NCBI RefSeq assembly: GCF_000142905.1
Contig: NW_013657655.1
Coordinates: 62,001-126,000 of the forward strand
Length of the DNA: 64,000 nucleotides
Direction: 5' to 3'
Origin: Thecamonas trahens ATCC 50062
Taxonomy: Eukaryota > Protista > Apusomonadida
Within the stretch, counting starts at the first letter, position 1. Every line of letters starts with the position of its first letter. Positions 12,318 to 22,939 of this stretch are shown piece by piece. Position numbers and translations under genes: made by a program. The notes under the pieces were generated by a model. That model was not told the origin of the DNA. It saw nothing but the letters and a program-made list of their open reading frames with translations, and ran no database searches.

Positions 12318-14350
12318 ATGCCCCGACACAAAGGACACGAGCGTGGCGGTGGAAGCCATGGCGGACGGGGCAAGGGCGGGGCGCAGCTGTCGTTCTCGGC
12401 CTTCTCCGCGAAAGGCTTCTCGCCGCAGACGGCTGCCGAGGGAGTGCTGGCGGAGGCGACGGCGGACGATGTGGCGAACAGCATGCTGCCGGCGCTGGAG
12501 CGGATGACCAAGCACGCGTCGACTTCGCTGGTGGGCAATCTCTACGACAACCACTCGACCTTTATCGGCATCTCGCTGCACATCGAGGAGCTCCGGACTG
12601 CCTCGGCTACTCTCCGCTCGTCGCTCTCGGGCTTCTCCCACGCCCTCGATGACGTCGCCGCCTCCTTTCCCGACCTCGCTGAGCCGCACGATGCTGCTGC
12701 TGCTGCGCTGCGCCGTCATGATGCCCGTGGTGCAGCTGCAGGGCTTTTGCCCGAGCTTGCTGCCCTCCTTGCTCTTCCGGACGAGCTGGAGGCTCTGCTT
12801 GCTGAGCGCCGCCTGGCCGATGCGGTGGAGAAAGTTCTCGCAGCCCGCGCTCCACCGGCAGCCGCGTCGCCGGTGTATCCCTACATCAAGGATCGAATTG
12901 ATGCTGTGGCTGTCCAGCTTGTCGCCGCGCTCGTTGACGACGCCTCGCCCGACGCAGTCCCGCTTCTTGTCCGGCTCGGCGAGATCGCCCGCGCTCAGCG
13001 GGTCCTCCTCGCGGCCGCCGACGCCGAGCTAGCCGCCGCACTTGCCTGCATTCGCTTTAGCGGCAATCTCGTCGGCTACGTCCGCGCTTTGGCTGGCGAG
13101 GTCTTTGGCGCTGTTGCGCGGACCGCCGAGCGCTACCATGCTGCCTTCACTCATCCGCATGCTGCGTCGGCCCTCCTTGCCTGGGCCACGCACCAGGTGA
13201 CGGACTTTGCAGCCTCGTTTGAGCGGCTTGTTTTCTCGGCCTCCGAGTATGCAGTCATCGCCCAGTGTATGGAGGTGGCTCTGGATGCAGCGCGGGCCGA
13301 TGCCGACTGCGGCCTCTCGCTCGAGTTTTTCCTCCACTCGGCGCTTGGCAAGGCGCTTGAGACGTTGGTCGAGGCGGTGTTGGACAAGGCTAAGCCGGTG
13401 CTTGACGCGTATGTTGCGTCCGAGAAGTGGAACTCTCGCGAGATGCGCGTCATGGAGGGCGAGAGCTCGACCGTAGTCAAGCTCTCCGAGTCGGCCAAGT
13501 ACGTCTACCTCTGCCTTTCGAAGTTTGTCTCGGACGTCTCTGCTGTTGTCCGACCCTCGCTCTGCGGCTGCGTCGTCGGCTCGATCGTCTCGTTTGTTGA
13601 GAGCTATGTGGCTACGCTCGCCCGCGCGCTGTCGAGCCCCGAGGCTTCAGGCTCTGCCCGCTGGGCGACCGACAAGCAGGCGTTTGTTATGATGGGCAAC
13701 GTTGCGTCGCTCGGCTTTGAGCTTGTGCCCAAGCTCACCTCGCGGCTGGCAGCACTATTTGGAGCGGATCGTGTCAGCCTCCTCCTCGCCCTGGCGACTC
13801 GTCTCCAAGCTGCGGTCGACGAGCTCGTCGACGCCTTTGCCGCCGTCCGGGCCTCCTTCCTCCTCTCGTCCAAGCTAGGGTGGGCATCGGACGTCGCCGC
13901 CTACACCACCTCGACGGTCTCGCACGCCGACGCCGAGCCGAGCCGCGCGATGAGCCAGCTCTTTGTTTACCTAGCCAAGATGGGACTTGCCCTCGAGGCC
14001 CATCTCGACGGCGTTTTGCCAACAAGCTCATTCGCGGCCTGTGCATGGGCATGGCAGAGGAGATGGCCTCGAGCATGGAGTTTGCCACCGGCCCGCGAAC
14101 CTTTGGTTTTGGCGGCCTTCAGCAGTTTGTTCTCGATCTGCGTTTCTTTGCTGCCGCCGTCGCGCTTCGCGAGCCCGAGGTTGCCGACCGCGTAGCCGGC
14201 CATGTCGAGGCTGCGGTCTCCGCCGCTGTTGCTTCCTACGCGGCGTCGTCAGGCAACGACCCGTCGGACGTTCTCAAGTCGACATCGTGGTTTAACGATC
14301 GGGTCGGTGCCGGGCTTGACGGCCTTCGCCGCCATGGCTGGGTCCGCTAG
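12318..14350 (+). CDS. EXO84: Exocyst subunit Exo84 (EXOC8), PH-less form; apparent -1 frameshift near 14012
   Basis: Vps51-like N-terminus (FSAKGFSPQ...NLYDNHSTFIGISLHI), Exo84_C motifs (LPDELEALLAERR, SALLAWA, GLSLEFFL) and C-terminal FGGLQQFVLDLRFF in the second frame. Confidence 0.8.
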
Positions 14351-14381
14351 ACACGGGCAAGAGAAGCTGCTCATGGAGCAC

Positions 14382-17300
14382 CTAGCTGGTCAGCGCACGC
14401 TTGGCCCGCGATAGCATGTCGATCCGCAGCGGGTGCTCGCCATCATCCAGCGGCTCGTTGTCGGCTCGCCGCACAGCCCTGAACGCGGCCTCCAGACACG
14501 CGTCAACGACATCGAGCTTGAGTTTGAGCTTGTCGGCGACAGCGGCAAAGACTCCAGCTGCGGCGAGGAGCTCGGACTCGGACAGCTTGTGTTGGATGGA
14601 AGCGAGCGGCTGCTGCAGACTTTCAAGGACGGCGTCGGCCAAGAGCGGAAGCGCCGTCTTGATTGCGGTCTGGTACATAAGCTTGTCGGCAATGGCCTGG
14701 ATAAAGGTGGCAGCTTCACGAGGCCGGCAGGACTTTGCAAGGATGCGGAGCCAGAGCTTGACGTAGGCGACCTTGGTAAGGGCGTGTACATGTGCGCGCT
14801 TCCCGTTGACTTCCTCGCCCATGGTGTGCATCCAGATCTTGAGCCGCCCGGTCTGCTTCGAGTTGACTATGACCTTAAACTCTTCGTAGGCGACGTCGTG
14901 CTGGCCTGCGGCCAGAGCAGCCTTGGCCACCACGTATGCCCCGCGGTGATAGTACTTGTCGAGCACAGCATGGCCACGGATGCCCGAGAGCGCCGCCAGC
15001 GCGTTTGCGCGGACGTCGCGCGGCTCGACGCCGCCCGTGGGAGCGGCGGTCCACAGCTCACCGCCGCGCTGGATGGCCTCGCGGTCATACCAGACGTTGG
15101 TGAAGAGGTCGAGCTCGCCAAAGAGAGCCAGCCTGAGGGCATGGACACCAAAGAAGGCGTCGGCCACGGCGGTACGGAACTTGCGGTCGCGGAGCGGGAC
15201 AATGGCCAGCGCGTCCTGGAAGGCCTGCAAACCGTCGCGGGCCCATCCACGGACTTTGGTCCGAGGCGCGCCTAGCTCGCGTGCGTGCTCGACGAGGAGC
15301 CGGCGAATTTCACCGATGCGGACGAGGGCAAGCCATCTGATGCGGACGGCACTTGACCCAGAGTCGGGCTGCATTTTCAGTGCCTTTCGGTACGCGGCCA
15401 GCGCGCGCTTGGCAAGGAGCCGCGCGCGCTTGAGGGCGCGCCTGCTCGGCTTTGTGCCTGCCAGCTGCCGCATATGGGTCTCCAGCTCAGCAAAGTGCAG
15501 ACGGCCAGCGTCGATGCACAGGCGGGCGTCGTCGGCAGCGGACCACGTCACAACCTTGGGAGCGTCAGCGGCTTTGGTGAATGCAGCCTGGCCGCGCCGA
15601 TAGGCGTCTGCGGCGGCGACGGCGTGGACAGCCTTGTCCTGGGTGACCACGAGCGAGTGAGCCACCGAGTAGATCATGTTGAATGCCTCGGCCGAGACGG
15701 TCAAGGCGCGGAGGCGGAGGTCCGGCAGCAGCTGTTTTGACGAGCCGAGCATGTCTGCGGCCAACATGCCGCGCTCCGCAAACTGGGCGACGTCGAGCAG
15801 CTCCTGGATGTTCTCGCCGAGGCCGTCGTCGTCCATGTCGCCGCAGTCAACTTGGCGCAGTTCAGCCTTGACAACCCGCAGCTGCGAGCGCGCGGCTAGG
15901 ACCGGCAACTCTGTGGCGAGGAGCGGGTAGCTCGCCGGCTCGAATTGTGTGGGCGAGTCGGGTGCGGCAGCGGCGTCCTGCATCTTGACCAAGGTCTCGT
16001 AGAGGAGGAGCACGTCGTAGTTGAGCTCAGTAGCAGCCTCGCCGCGGAGGACTGCGCCGGCATCCTTGACGTCGGCATGGATGGCGTGGAAGAGGAGGTT
16101 GATATCGGCGAGCGTGGCGAGCGGCAGCGGCGAGCACGAGTCGTGGGCATGCTCTTTGCCGTAGGTCGAGTCGAGCAAGTCTTCCTTAAAGAGACAGAAG
16201 AGCGTGTCGGCCAGCTCGTTTCCCAGACGCTCGTCGGACCATTCGCTGGCGAGCTCGTCATCGCTGGCGTCGCCGCTCTCGTCGCGGTCTGCGGCGAGCT
16301 GCCTTTGCTCACGGATGGCCATGATCTGCTCGACGTGGAGTCTGAGGAGGCGAGCCGAGTCAATCTGGCACTCGTTGTGACTGCGGAGGAAGAGGCGTCC
16401 GACTTGGAGAACGGTGAGCCGTGCGCCCGAGAGAGCAGCCTCGTCGTTGGCCTGGCCGTAGCCCGAGCACAGAGCGTGGAGGACAAGGAAGGGGACATCG
16501 GCCGAGACAGGGAGCTTGTCGGTGGCCATCATGAGGGCTAGGGCGGTGAGGACGAGCTGGGCGAGGTCTGACGCGAGCTGGCCGTCGTCGACGCCGAGGC
16601 GGACAGCCAGGGCCAGACTCTCTGGTGGCGGGACGGGGGCGCCTTCACCCTCGAGGAGAACGAGGATGTTGGAACAGAGCTCCTCGACCGAAGCGGCTGC
16701 CAGCGGCGACGCGGCCTTGGCGAGCGATATGAGAATGCGGAGCGCTTGCAGTGCGGTCCAGAGGGCCACGCTGACGTAGCGGAGCCGAACAGCGGCGATG
16801 TGCATGAGGTGGAAGACGTGCAGCTGCTCCTCGGCAGACACATACTCAAACTGCTCCGCAAGGAGTCGTGTGTTCTCGTCAAGGACAGAGGCGTTTCGCA
16901 CAACGTCGGCGAGCGAGGCGAGGACTTCGTGGACGTCCTTGGGATCGGCCTTTGGATCCGCCAGCAGCTTTTCCATGCGGTTGACGGTCCGCGAGAGAGC
17001 GATGCCGACCAGGCGCGAGCGGATGCCGTCATCGGAGATGACGCCGACGCGCGAGCAGTTTGGAAGCATGATGTCGACGCCGGCAGAGGCTCGCGCCTCA
17101 CGGGCACGACCGTACTGCGGCAGGGCCAGCGGGCATGAGCCGACGACGGTCTCCAGGTAGCGGGCCCAGAGCCAGGCGTACCTAGCCTCGCGCACAGCGA
17201 GGATGCGGGTTGAGCGATCGGCGCGGGCACCAGCGCCGCGACCGACAAGGCCCTGCAGCTTTGTGAGAAAGTCAATCATGCGGACTTTGGCAAGGCGGAG

Positions 17301-18782
17301 CGCGTCGGCGGAGGAACCGTCGTCGACGGCGATTTCCGCGAGGGTGAGGACGACTTCGACCGGGGCCGGCTCGCCGTAGGCCTCGAGGGCGGCTTCGAGG
17401 TCAAAGATGGCGGATGCCAGCGGCGGCTCCCACACATGGTCCCACAGCTCGCCGGCTACATGAGCGAGGACAGCCCGACCGGCGTGAACGAGCGAGAGGG
17501 AGCCGCAGAGCTTGCGCTCCACAAAGGCGGCGAGCGAGAGGTCGTTGATGTGGGCGTAAGCCTCGGCTCGGACCGGTGGCGGCGACGAGCCGGACGAGCC
17601 GCGGAGGAGGACTGGCTCGTGGGCGTGCGACAAGTCGTCGACCGGCTGCGCGTCACCCGAAACCAGGGCGTCGGCCAACGACAACGGCTTGCCGATGTTG
17701 AGGACTTCGGAGAGCGCTTGTGAGACAACCTCAAAGGCTGCGCGGGTGTCAAAGCCCTGCGGCTCGTCGGAGTCCTTGCCGGGCTTTGCGAGAGGCGGCG
17801 AGGGCTCGGGCTCGGGCTTTGCGCGCGGCTGCTTGCCAGGCATGGAGACTGGAGGCGGCGAGGGCGAGCGCTCCGGGGAAGGAGGCGGGTCGAGGATGGT
17901 TCCGGCCGGACCCTCGGGATTGTCGAGCGGAACGAGAACAAAGCGGACCCGCGGGACTGCGCACTCCCCGGCCTCAGTGGCCGTGAGCGATGCACGAAGC
18001 TGGTGAACGAGGGCAAGGACGAGGTCAAACCACGGATGGGTAGCGTTGGGCGCGACAACGATGTCGCGGACGGGGTGGCGGGGTGGCGGCGGCGGCGAAC
18101 TTGGGCGGGCGCGCTTGCTTCCGGGCGGCGGCGATGAAGGTGTGCCGAGGGCAGCAGCGTGGCGGTCGACGGCAGCAAGGGCAGGCAGGTCTTCGAGCAG
18201 GGCCAGAGCACTAGCCAAGCCGCGGACGGCCTTGCGGTCGTAGGGGTCTGCCTCGAGGGTGTGTTCGTAGGCGTAGCGTGCGAGGCCCGGATTGCTGGCC
18301 GCGGTGGCGAGGTCACCGAGGAGGCGCCAGAGCAGGCCGTCGGAGTCGTCAAGGCCAAGGGCAGCGACGGCGTGGTCGACGCCTGCTGAGATCAGGCGCG
18401 GGTCGTCGGGGGCGAGGGCGGCGAGGACGGCGGCGAGGTTCTTGGAGGCGAGGAACTTGAGCAAGGCGGCGGGGACAGCCCGCAGCGGCTTTCCCGGGAT
18501 CATGCGGGCATCGGCAACGACAGGTTCGGCCAGGACAGCCTCGTACAGCTCGCGTGCTGTGGCCAGCTTGCCGCCGGCGTGAGTCGCCAGTGCCTCTTCG
18601 TATGCCCGAATGGCGGCGGCCTCCTGTGGTGTAGAATCGAGTGAGTGAGGGGGGGGGGAGGAGGGGAGGGAGGGGATGGGGTGTGTGGGAAGGGGGCGTA
18701 CGCGGGCCTCACGGGTCTGGCCAGAGCGGGTGGGCGGCGGGGGTGGGGATGCGGGTCCACCAAGGGCCGCCCAGGATGCCAT
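14382..18782 (-). CDS. CABIN1: Cabin1/Hir3-like TPR protein (HIRA histone chaperone complex); in-frame intron 18701-18624
   Basis: N-terminal TREAREAAAIRAYEEAL, LKFLASKNLA, DDSDGLLWRLLG and LARYAYEHTLEADP match the Cabin1 TPRs. The intron is GTACGC...CCACAG, 78 nt. Confidence 0.75.
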   Translation of the reverse strand: MASWAALGGPASPPPPPTRSGQTREARVRPLPTHPIPSLPSSPPPHSLDSTPQEAAAIRAYEEALATHAGGKLATARELYEAVLAEPVVADARMIPGKPLRAVPAALLKFLASKNLAAVLAALAPDDPRLISAGVDHAVAALGLDDSDGLLWRLLGDLATAASNPGLARYAYEHTLEADPYDRKAVRGLASALALLEDLPALAAVDRHAAALGTPSSPPPGSKRARPSSPPPPPRHPVRDIVVAPNATHPWFDLVLALVHQLRASLTATEAGECAVPRVRFVLVPLDNPEGPAGTILDPPPSPERSPSPPPVSMPGKQPRAKPEPEPSPPLAKPGKDSDEPQGFDTRAAFEVVSQALSEVLNIGKPLSLADALVSGDAQPVDDLSHAHEPVLLRGSSGSSPPPVRAEAYAHINDLSLAAFVERKLCGSLSLVHAGRAVLAHVAGELWDHVWEPPLASAIFDLEAALEAYGEPAPVEVVLTLAEIAVDDGSSADALRLAKVRMIDFLTKLQGLVGRGAGARADRSTRILAVREARYAWLWARYLETVVGSCPLALPQYGRAREARASAGVDIMLPNCSRVGVISDDGIRSRLVGIALSRTVNRMEKLLADPKADPKDVHEVLASLADVVRNASVLDENTRLLAEQFEYVSAEEQLHVFHLMHIAAVRLRYVSVALWTALQALRILISLAKAASPLAAASVEELCSNILVLLEGEGAPVPPPESLALAVRLGVDDGQLASDLAQLVLTALALMMATDKLPVSADVPFLVLHALCSGYGQANDEAALSGARLTVLQVGRLFLRSHNECQIDSARLLRLHVEQIMAIREQRQLAADRDESGDASDDELASEWSDERLGNELADTLFCLFKEDLLDSTYGKEHAHDSCSPLPLATLADINLLFHAIHADVKDAGAVLRGEAATELNYDVLLLYETLVKMQDAAAAPDSPTQFEPASYPLLATELPVLAARSQLRVVKAELRQVDCGDMDDDGLGENIQELLDVAQFAERGMLAADMLGSSKQLLPDLRLRALTVSAEAFNMIYSVAHSLVVTQDKAVHAVAAADAYRRGQAAFTKAADAPKVVTWSAADDARLCIDAGRLHFAELETHMRQLAGTKPSRRALKRARLLAKRALAAYRKALKMQPDSGSSAVRIRWLALVRIGEIRRLLVEHARELGAPRTKVRGWARDGLQAFQDALAIVPLRDRKFRTAVADAFFGVHALRLALFGELDLFTNVWYDREAIQRGGELWTAAPTGGVEPRDVRANALAALSGIRGHAVLDKYYHRGAYVVAKAALAAGQHDVAYEEFKVIVNSKQTGRLKIWMHTMGEEVNGKRAHVHALTKVAYVKLWLRILAKSCRPREAATFIQAIADKLMYQTAIKTALPLLADAVLESLQQPLASIQHKLSESELLAAAGVFAAVADKLKLKLDVVDACLEAAFRAVRRADNEPLDDGEHPLRIDMLSRAKRALTS

Positions 18783-19756
18783 GTGCAGGGTGGGGAGGGG
18801 AGGGGTGTCGGTGGCTGCGGGCGGTGGTGGTGTTTGTCGAGTCGTCGATGCCTGGTTCTCACTTTCAGCCGAGTTCTGCTGAGGACTCCAGAGCACCCAA
18901 CGCCCTGTCTCGTTGCCGAGTCGTCATTGACGATGATGGCGCCCATTGGCAGAAACAACATCCGATGTTGAGTGATTATGATCATCACTCTCGATGCCAT
19001 TGGTGTGCTCCTTCAGGCGGCTACGGATAGTTTGCTGTGGTTTTACGCTCTCACTCAAACACAGCGTCGAGCATCGGTCACAGACACGGTCGCGGTACCT
19101 GACGGGTCTCTGTTGGGCCTCGGCAGGTGGTACGTCTGTACGGCCTTGCTGAGCGCGCCACACACCCCATACTGACAGGAGAGCAAGGGATAGTTACATC
19201 ACCGCGTGACGCCACATATCATGCGTGCTATGATAGTGTACGCGCATGTATCTAACGATCTCCCTCTGAGAGCGCTCTTTTCGCGGTCCCGGGCAGATCA
19301 CCAGGGCGGCTTGCACGGTTTTGGACACCTGGTTCTCGCAATAGACTTGGTAGAGGTGTACCTACGGCATAGCTGTACCTCGTATTACAGAAGCTCCCTT
19401 AAAGGTGGAGGGGTGGGGGTGGGGGAAGTGGCGCATGATGCCTGTAATGTGTCTCATCTAAAACGTTATATAAAAACATTGTTGTAAAATTATGAATATA
19501 TCAATTACAGTAAGAGATTTCAAATCATTACTTGTTTTGCAGTGTCAAATATATAAAATGTATATTTTGTCTCGTTTTGGGTCTGTTTCTCATGATTTTT
19601 GCCGCCACTGCTGGTGAAGGCTCACCCGGCGGGCTGGAGAACCTCTCCTCCCCTTCCGCCCTTCGTCCTCCCCCCCCCCTTTCAAGCCAGCACTAGCAGC
19701 TAGGTGTAGTCAACCACCCCTCTCTCCTTCACCCCTCCCCCCTCCCCTTCCTCGCT

Positions 19757-20206
19757 ATGGCTGCAGACCGTCGCCACCTCTTTGTGGGTATGTTGTACCC
19801 GTCTGTCCCCTTACCCCCCTGCTCCCGCTCACACTCACCCATCACACGCACAGCTGGCCTCGCTGACGAGGTTGATGAAGAGGTGCTCCGCGCTGCGTTT
19901 ATCCCGTTCGGACCTGTGCTCTCTGTGGAGCTCCCCGACGATGCGGCGACGCAGAAGCATCGTGGCTTTGGCTTTGTTCAGTTTGAGGACGCCGAGGACG
20001 CGGCCGAGGCCATCGACAACATGCACATGGCCGAGCTGTTCGGCTCGGTGCTCAAGGTGAACGTGGCCAAGCCCGATCGGAGCCGCGGCAAGGGCGGATC
20101 GGGCGCAGTTTGGGAGAGTCAGGCCTACGTCCAGTCGTATCTGCTCAACCCGGATGCCAAGCCAGCCGAGCTTGAGGCTGCGAATGCGGCGCCCAGCACG
20201 GAATGA
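19757..20206 (+). CDS. Stand-alone RRM protein of the cyclophilin E (PPIE/Cyp33) RRM type; intron 19788-19853
   Basis: LFVAGLADEVDEEVLRAAFIPFG, HRGFGFVQFE and AIDNMHMAELFGSVLKVNVAKP. No PPIase domain follows. Confidence 0.85.
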   Translation: MAADRRHLFVGMLYPSVPLPPCSRSHSPITRTAGLADEVDEEVLRAAFIPFGPVLSVELPDDAATQKHRGFGFVQFEDAEDAAEAIDNMHMAELFGSVLKVNVAKPDRSRGKGGSGAVWESQAYVQSYLLNPDAKPAELEAANAAPSTE

Positions 20207-20536
20207 TGGAGAGGGAGAAGCCCGTAAAGTAGGTGTGTTGGATGCCGAGCTCCTTGCCAGATAGCAACTGGGGCAAGTCGACGGAGAGCGTGCGCGACGA
20301 CGGGATGACGAGCCTCCAGTAAGACGCGGTCGAGCCAGAGCAGGGAGCGTGAGCACGAGGGTGATGAGCGCAGAGACACGCCGGGGACAATGCCAGCGAG
20401 GCTGTCGGCGATGCACGTATGGAGCTAGCGCGTTCGACGCGCACCCGCGACCCTTAAAGCCGAGCTCCGGCCATGCGCGACCACGAGCCCTGGCCCGGGC
20501 GACGACGGGAATAGAACAGCGCAGTCGTTGTCGGGA

Positions 20537-21106
20537 TCACGTACTGCTCGGCGCCAGTCGTGTTCCGCACTCGACACAGAACTTTGTTGAGCCTGAGCTC
20601 AGGGCCTGATTGCAGCCAGGACAGGTAGACGACGATGTCTTGGTTCGCGGTGATGACCCTCGCTCCCGCGAACCATGGGACCGTGAGCCTCGAGCGCGAG
20701 CGCGAGTCCGGGCCTGAGCGCGAGGGCGAGCCGGTACCCGACCACGCCCGCGGCCGCGCACGGCCGATGACGATGACGGTGGCGGGCGGTTCCGCAGCAC
20801 GCCCTTGCGACGAAGAGCGGCGGCAAGAACTGCGCGGTCTTCGTCCGGCAGGGTAGGGTCGTCCAGCAGCGACAGCGCCACAGCGTCCTTGTCGGTGACC
20901 GAGTCGATGTCGTACGGGTTCATCTCGGCCAGGTCGAGCATGGACTCGACGAGGGCAGGTGTGTTCATGCTAATGACGCCGGCACCGCCGGTACCGCGGC
21001 GAAAGTTGGGGTTCCGCTCACGGAAGCGCTTCTCGTAGAAGGCCATCTCGTCCTCCTCGCTCATCTTGGCGCGGCGCTCGCGCCGCTGCCTTGGGTTTCG
21101 CGACAT
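20537..21106 (-). CDS. Hypothetical protein with C-terminal zinc ribbon (CPGC...FCVECGTRL)
   Basis: Two CxxC pairs in a zinc_ribbon_2-like arrangement after an Arg-rich linker. Confidence 0.65.
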   Translation of the reverse strand: MSRNPRQRRERRAKMSEEDEMAFYEKRFRERNPNFRRGTGGAGVISMNTPALVESMLDLAEMNPYDIDSVTDKDAVALSLLDDPTLPDEDRAVLAAALRRKGVLRNRPPPSSSSAVRGRGRGRVPARPRAQARTRARARGSRSHGSRERGSSPRTKTSSSTCPGCNQALSSGSTKFCVECGTRLAPSST

Positions 21107-21580
21107 GTCCCCGCTGAGGCTGGAGAGGTGTGGCGATGGGGTTGCGAAATGAGCGAACGAAGAACGTTTAGCGTTGGGTGGGGGCGTCCACGGCGTCGAC
21201 ACACCCGCACCGGCCCGACCCCTCGCATTGGCCATACCCCACATCACACACATGGTTACTTAGTGTAGTCTGTTCTATGCAGTCGTTAGCAATGTGGTGG
21301 ACCGATCTGTCTGGCAGGACTGGCCCGGCCTGCAAGTCGTGAGTGACGCGATTACGGCCAAGTGCGGCCGGGGCAGAGTGCTCGGGCAAGACGGGCCGAG
21401 ACGGCATACCGGAGGCGGTGGTGACATGGATCGTGAACAGCTTGTACCCGGGTTATAGTTGTAGCATGCGCTCCATCGATGAGAAGAATGGACGGGTACT
21501 GGTTGGGTCAGCAGATCAAAGGCGTGACACGAGGCCGGAGTCGGCTGTGAGCTGTTTGTTCAAGGGAGTACTTTGCAGGA

Positions 21581-22939
21581 TCAGCCACAGCGGCGGTCTT
21601 CCGTGGTGGTGCCATCGCGGTGCTCGACCTGGTAGGCGTCGCGGAAACGAAAGAGGTCGGTGGCTTCGGCGGCTTCGGCGGCTTCAGGGACCTGGTGGTC
21701 GATGGATGACGAGGAGTCGGAGTCGTACGAGTACAGGCGGTCGATGACCGAGTCGTGGTGAGAGAACTCGACAGTGGAAGGAGGCGGGTCAGGGGTGGCA
21801 TGCTCGGCGCCGGCGCCGCTCAACAGCGGGCGGTAGCCGACGGGTCTGCGGATGGCGCGGCGTCTGCGGGCCTCGGCGGCGCGCCAGCGTCGGCGACGGG
21901 CGCGGGCCTCGGGGGTCAGCTTGCCAACCGGGGTCCTGCTTGGGTTGGTGACGGCTTTGGCACGGAGTTTGGCCTGTTCGCGAGCTTTGGAGTAGCGGTG
22001 GAGGAACTGAGCGGCGCCCGAGACGCGCATGATGTCTGGCCCGGCAGAAGCATGGATGGCGGGCGGGACGATGCGGTTGATGGCGGGCCGAAAGGTGCAG
22101 AGGTCAGCGTCGGCCTTGGCGGCGTCGTTCAGCGCCTTACGGCGGCGCTGGATGCGGGCGTCCTCCTTGGCGGCGGCCCATGCACGACTCCGCTCAAGAA
22201 AGTCGCGATGGTCGTCGTCGGCCTTGCGGCGGTTTGTCTGCGGAGTGGCGCGGCGGGCGGCCTCACGGGCGTCGCGCTTGACGGTGGCCTCGAGGGCGGC
22301 GCGACGGTCGGCCCACTCTTGGCCGAGCTGATACATGAGGGTTGTCCGAGCAGCGCCGCGGTACTTGTCTTTTCCGGCCAGGGCGTCGGCGTCGGCGGCA
22401 ATGTCCTGCGACCTCGGGTTGATCTCTGGCGAGAACGAGCAGTTGTTCAACGTGGCGTGGGCGAGGGCGTCGCGGACGGCGGCGTTGGCCCTTGAGCGCG
22501 GCGGAGACTGGCGGCGCTCGGCGGCCAGGACGGCGGACATGTCGGAGATCTTCGGCTGGAAGGTGTTGTTTGCCTCCAACTCCTCGACGGCCGAAGTCAG
22601 CTGGGGGACGTGGTACTTGGACGCGTAGTACTTGGCGGCCAGAATGGGATGGTCTGCATCGAGATGAGCCTTGGCGGCGGCGGACGAGGAGTATTGCTTG
22701 CCCAAAGCGGCCAGCTCGTCCGCCAGCGGTCCATCGACAGCCACCGCCTGTGGTGGGATTGGGCGGCAGGAAGAGAGTGCGGTTGCCACCTTTGCCGCTA
22801 GCACGTCGACCTCGGGGCTGGCACGCTCTTCCTCGGGCCTGGGTTGGGTCCGGGCAGCCTTTGGTCGGCGCCGGCGGTGTCGGCGCCGCTGCGCCCGCGG
22901 CGGTTTCTGGCCGCTCCCAGCGTCATTGGCGCCGGTCAT
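21581..22939 (-). CDS. Hypothetical basic protein with repeated [CN][TS]FxPxI[NS] motifs (putative microtubule/flagellar-associated)
   Basis: NTFQPKIS, CSFSPEIN, CTFRPAIN and ATPQTN are separated by charged helices. The start is uncertain because of the adjacent gap. Confidence 0.6.
   Translation of the reverse strand: MTGANDAGSGQKPPRAQRRRHRRRRPKAARTQPRPEEERASPEVDVLAAKVATALSSCRPIPPQAVAVDGPLADELAALGKQYSSSAAAKAHLDADHPILAAKYYASKYHVPQLTSAVEELEANNTFQPKISDMSAVLAAERRQSPPRSRANAAVRDALAHATLNNCSFSPEINPRSQDIAADADALAGKDKYRGAARTTLMYQLGQEWADRRAALEATVKRDAREAARRATPQTNRRKADDDHRDFLERSRAWAAAKEDARIQRRRKALNDAAKADADLCTFRPAINRIVPPAIHASAGPDIMRVSGAAQFLHRYSKAREQAKLRAKAVTNPSRTPVGKLTPEARARRRRWRAAEARRRRAIRRPVGYRPLLSGAGAEHATPDPPPSTVEFSHHDSVIDRLYSYDSDSSSSIDHQVPEAAEAAEATDLFRFRDAYQVEHRDGTTTEDRRCG

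Noticed and set aside
20210-20520. Protein-like fragments on the minus strand between the RRM and zinc-ribbon genes
   Set aside because: No ATG-initiated coherent ORF; cannot be supported.
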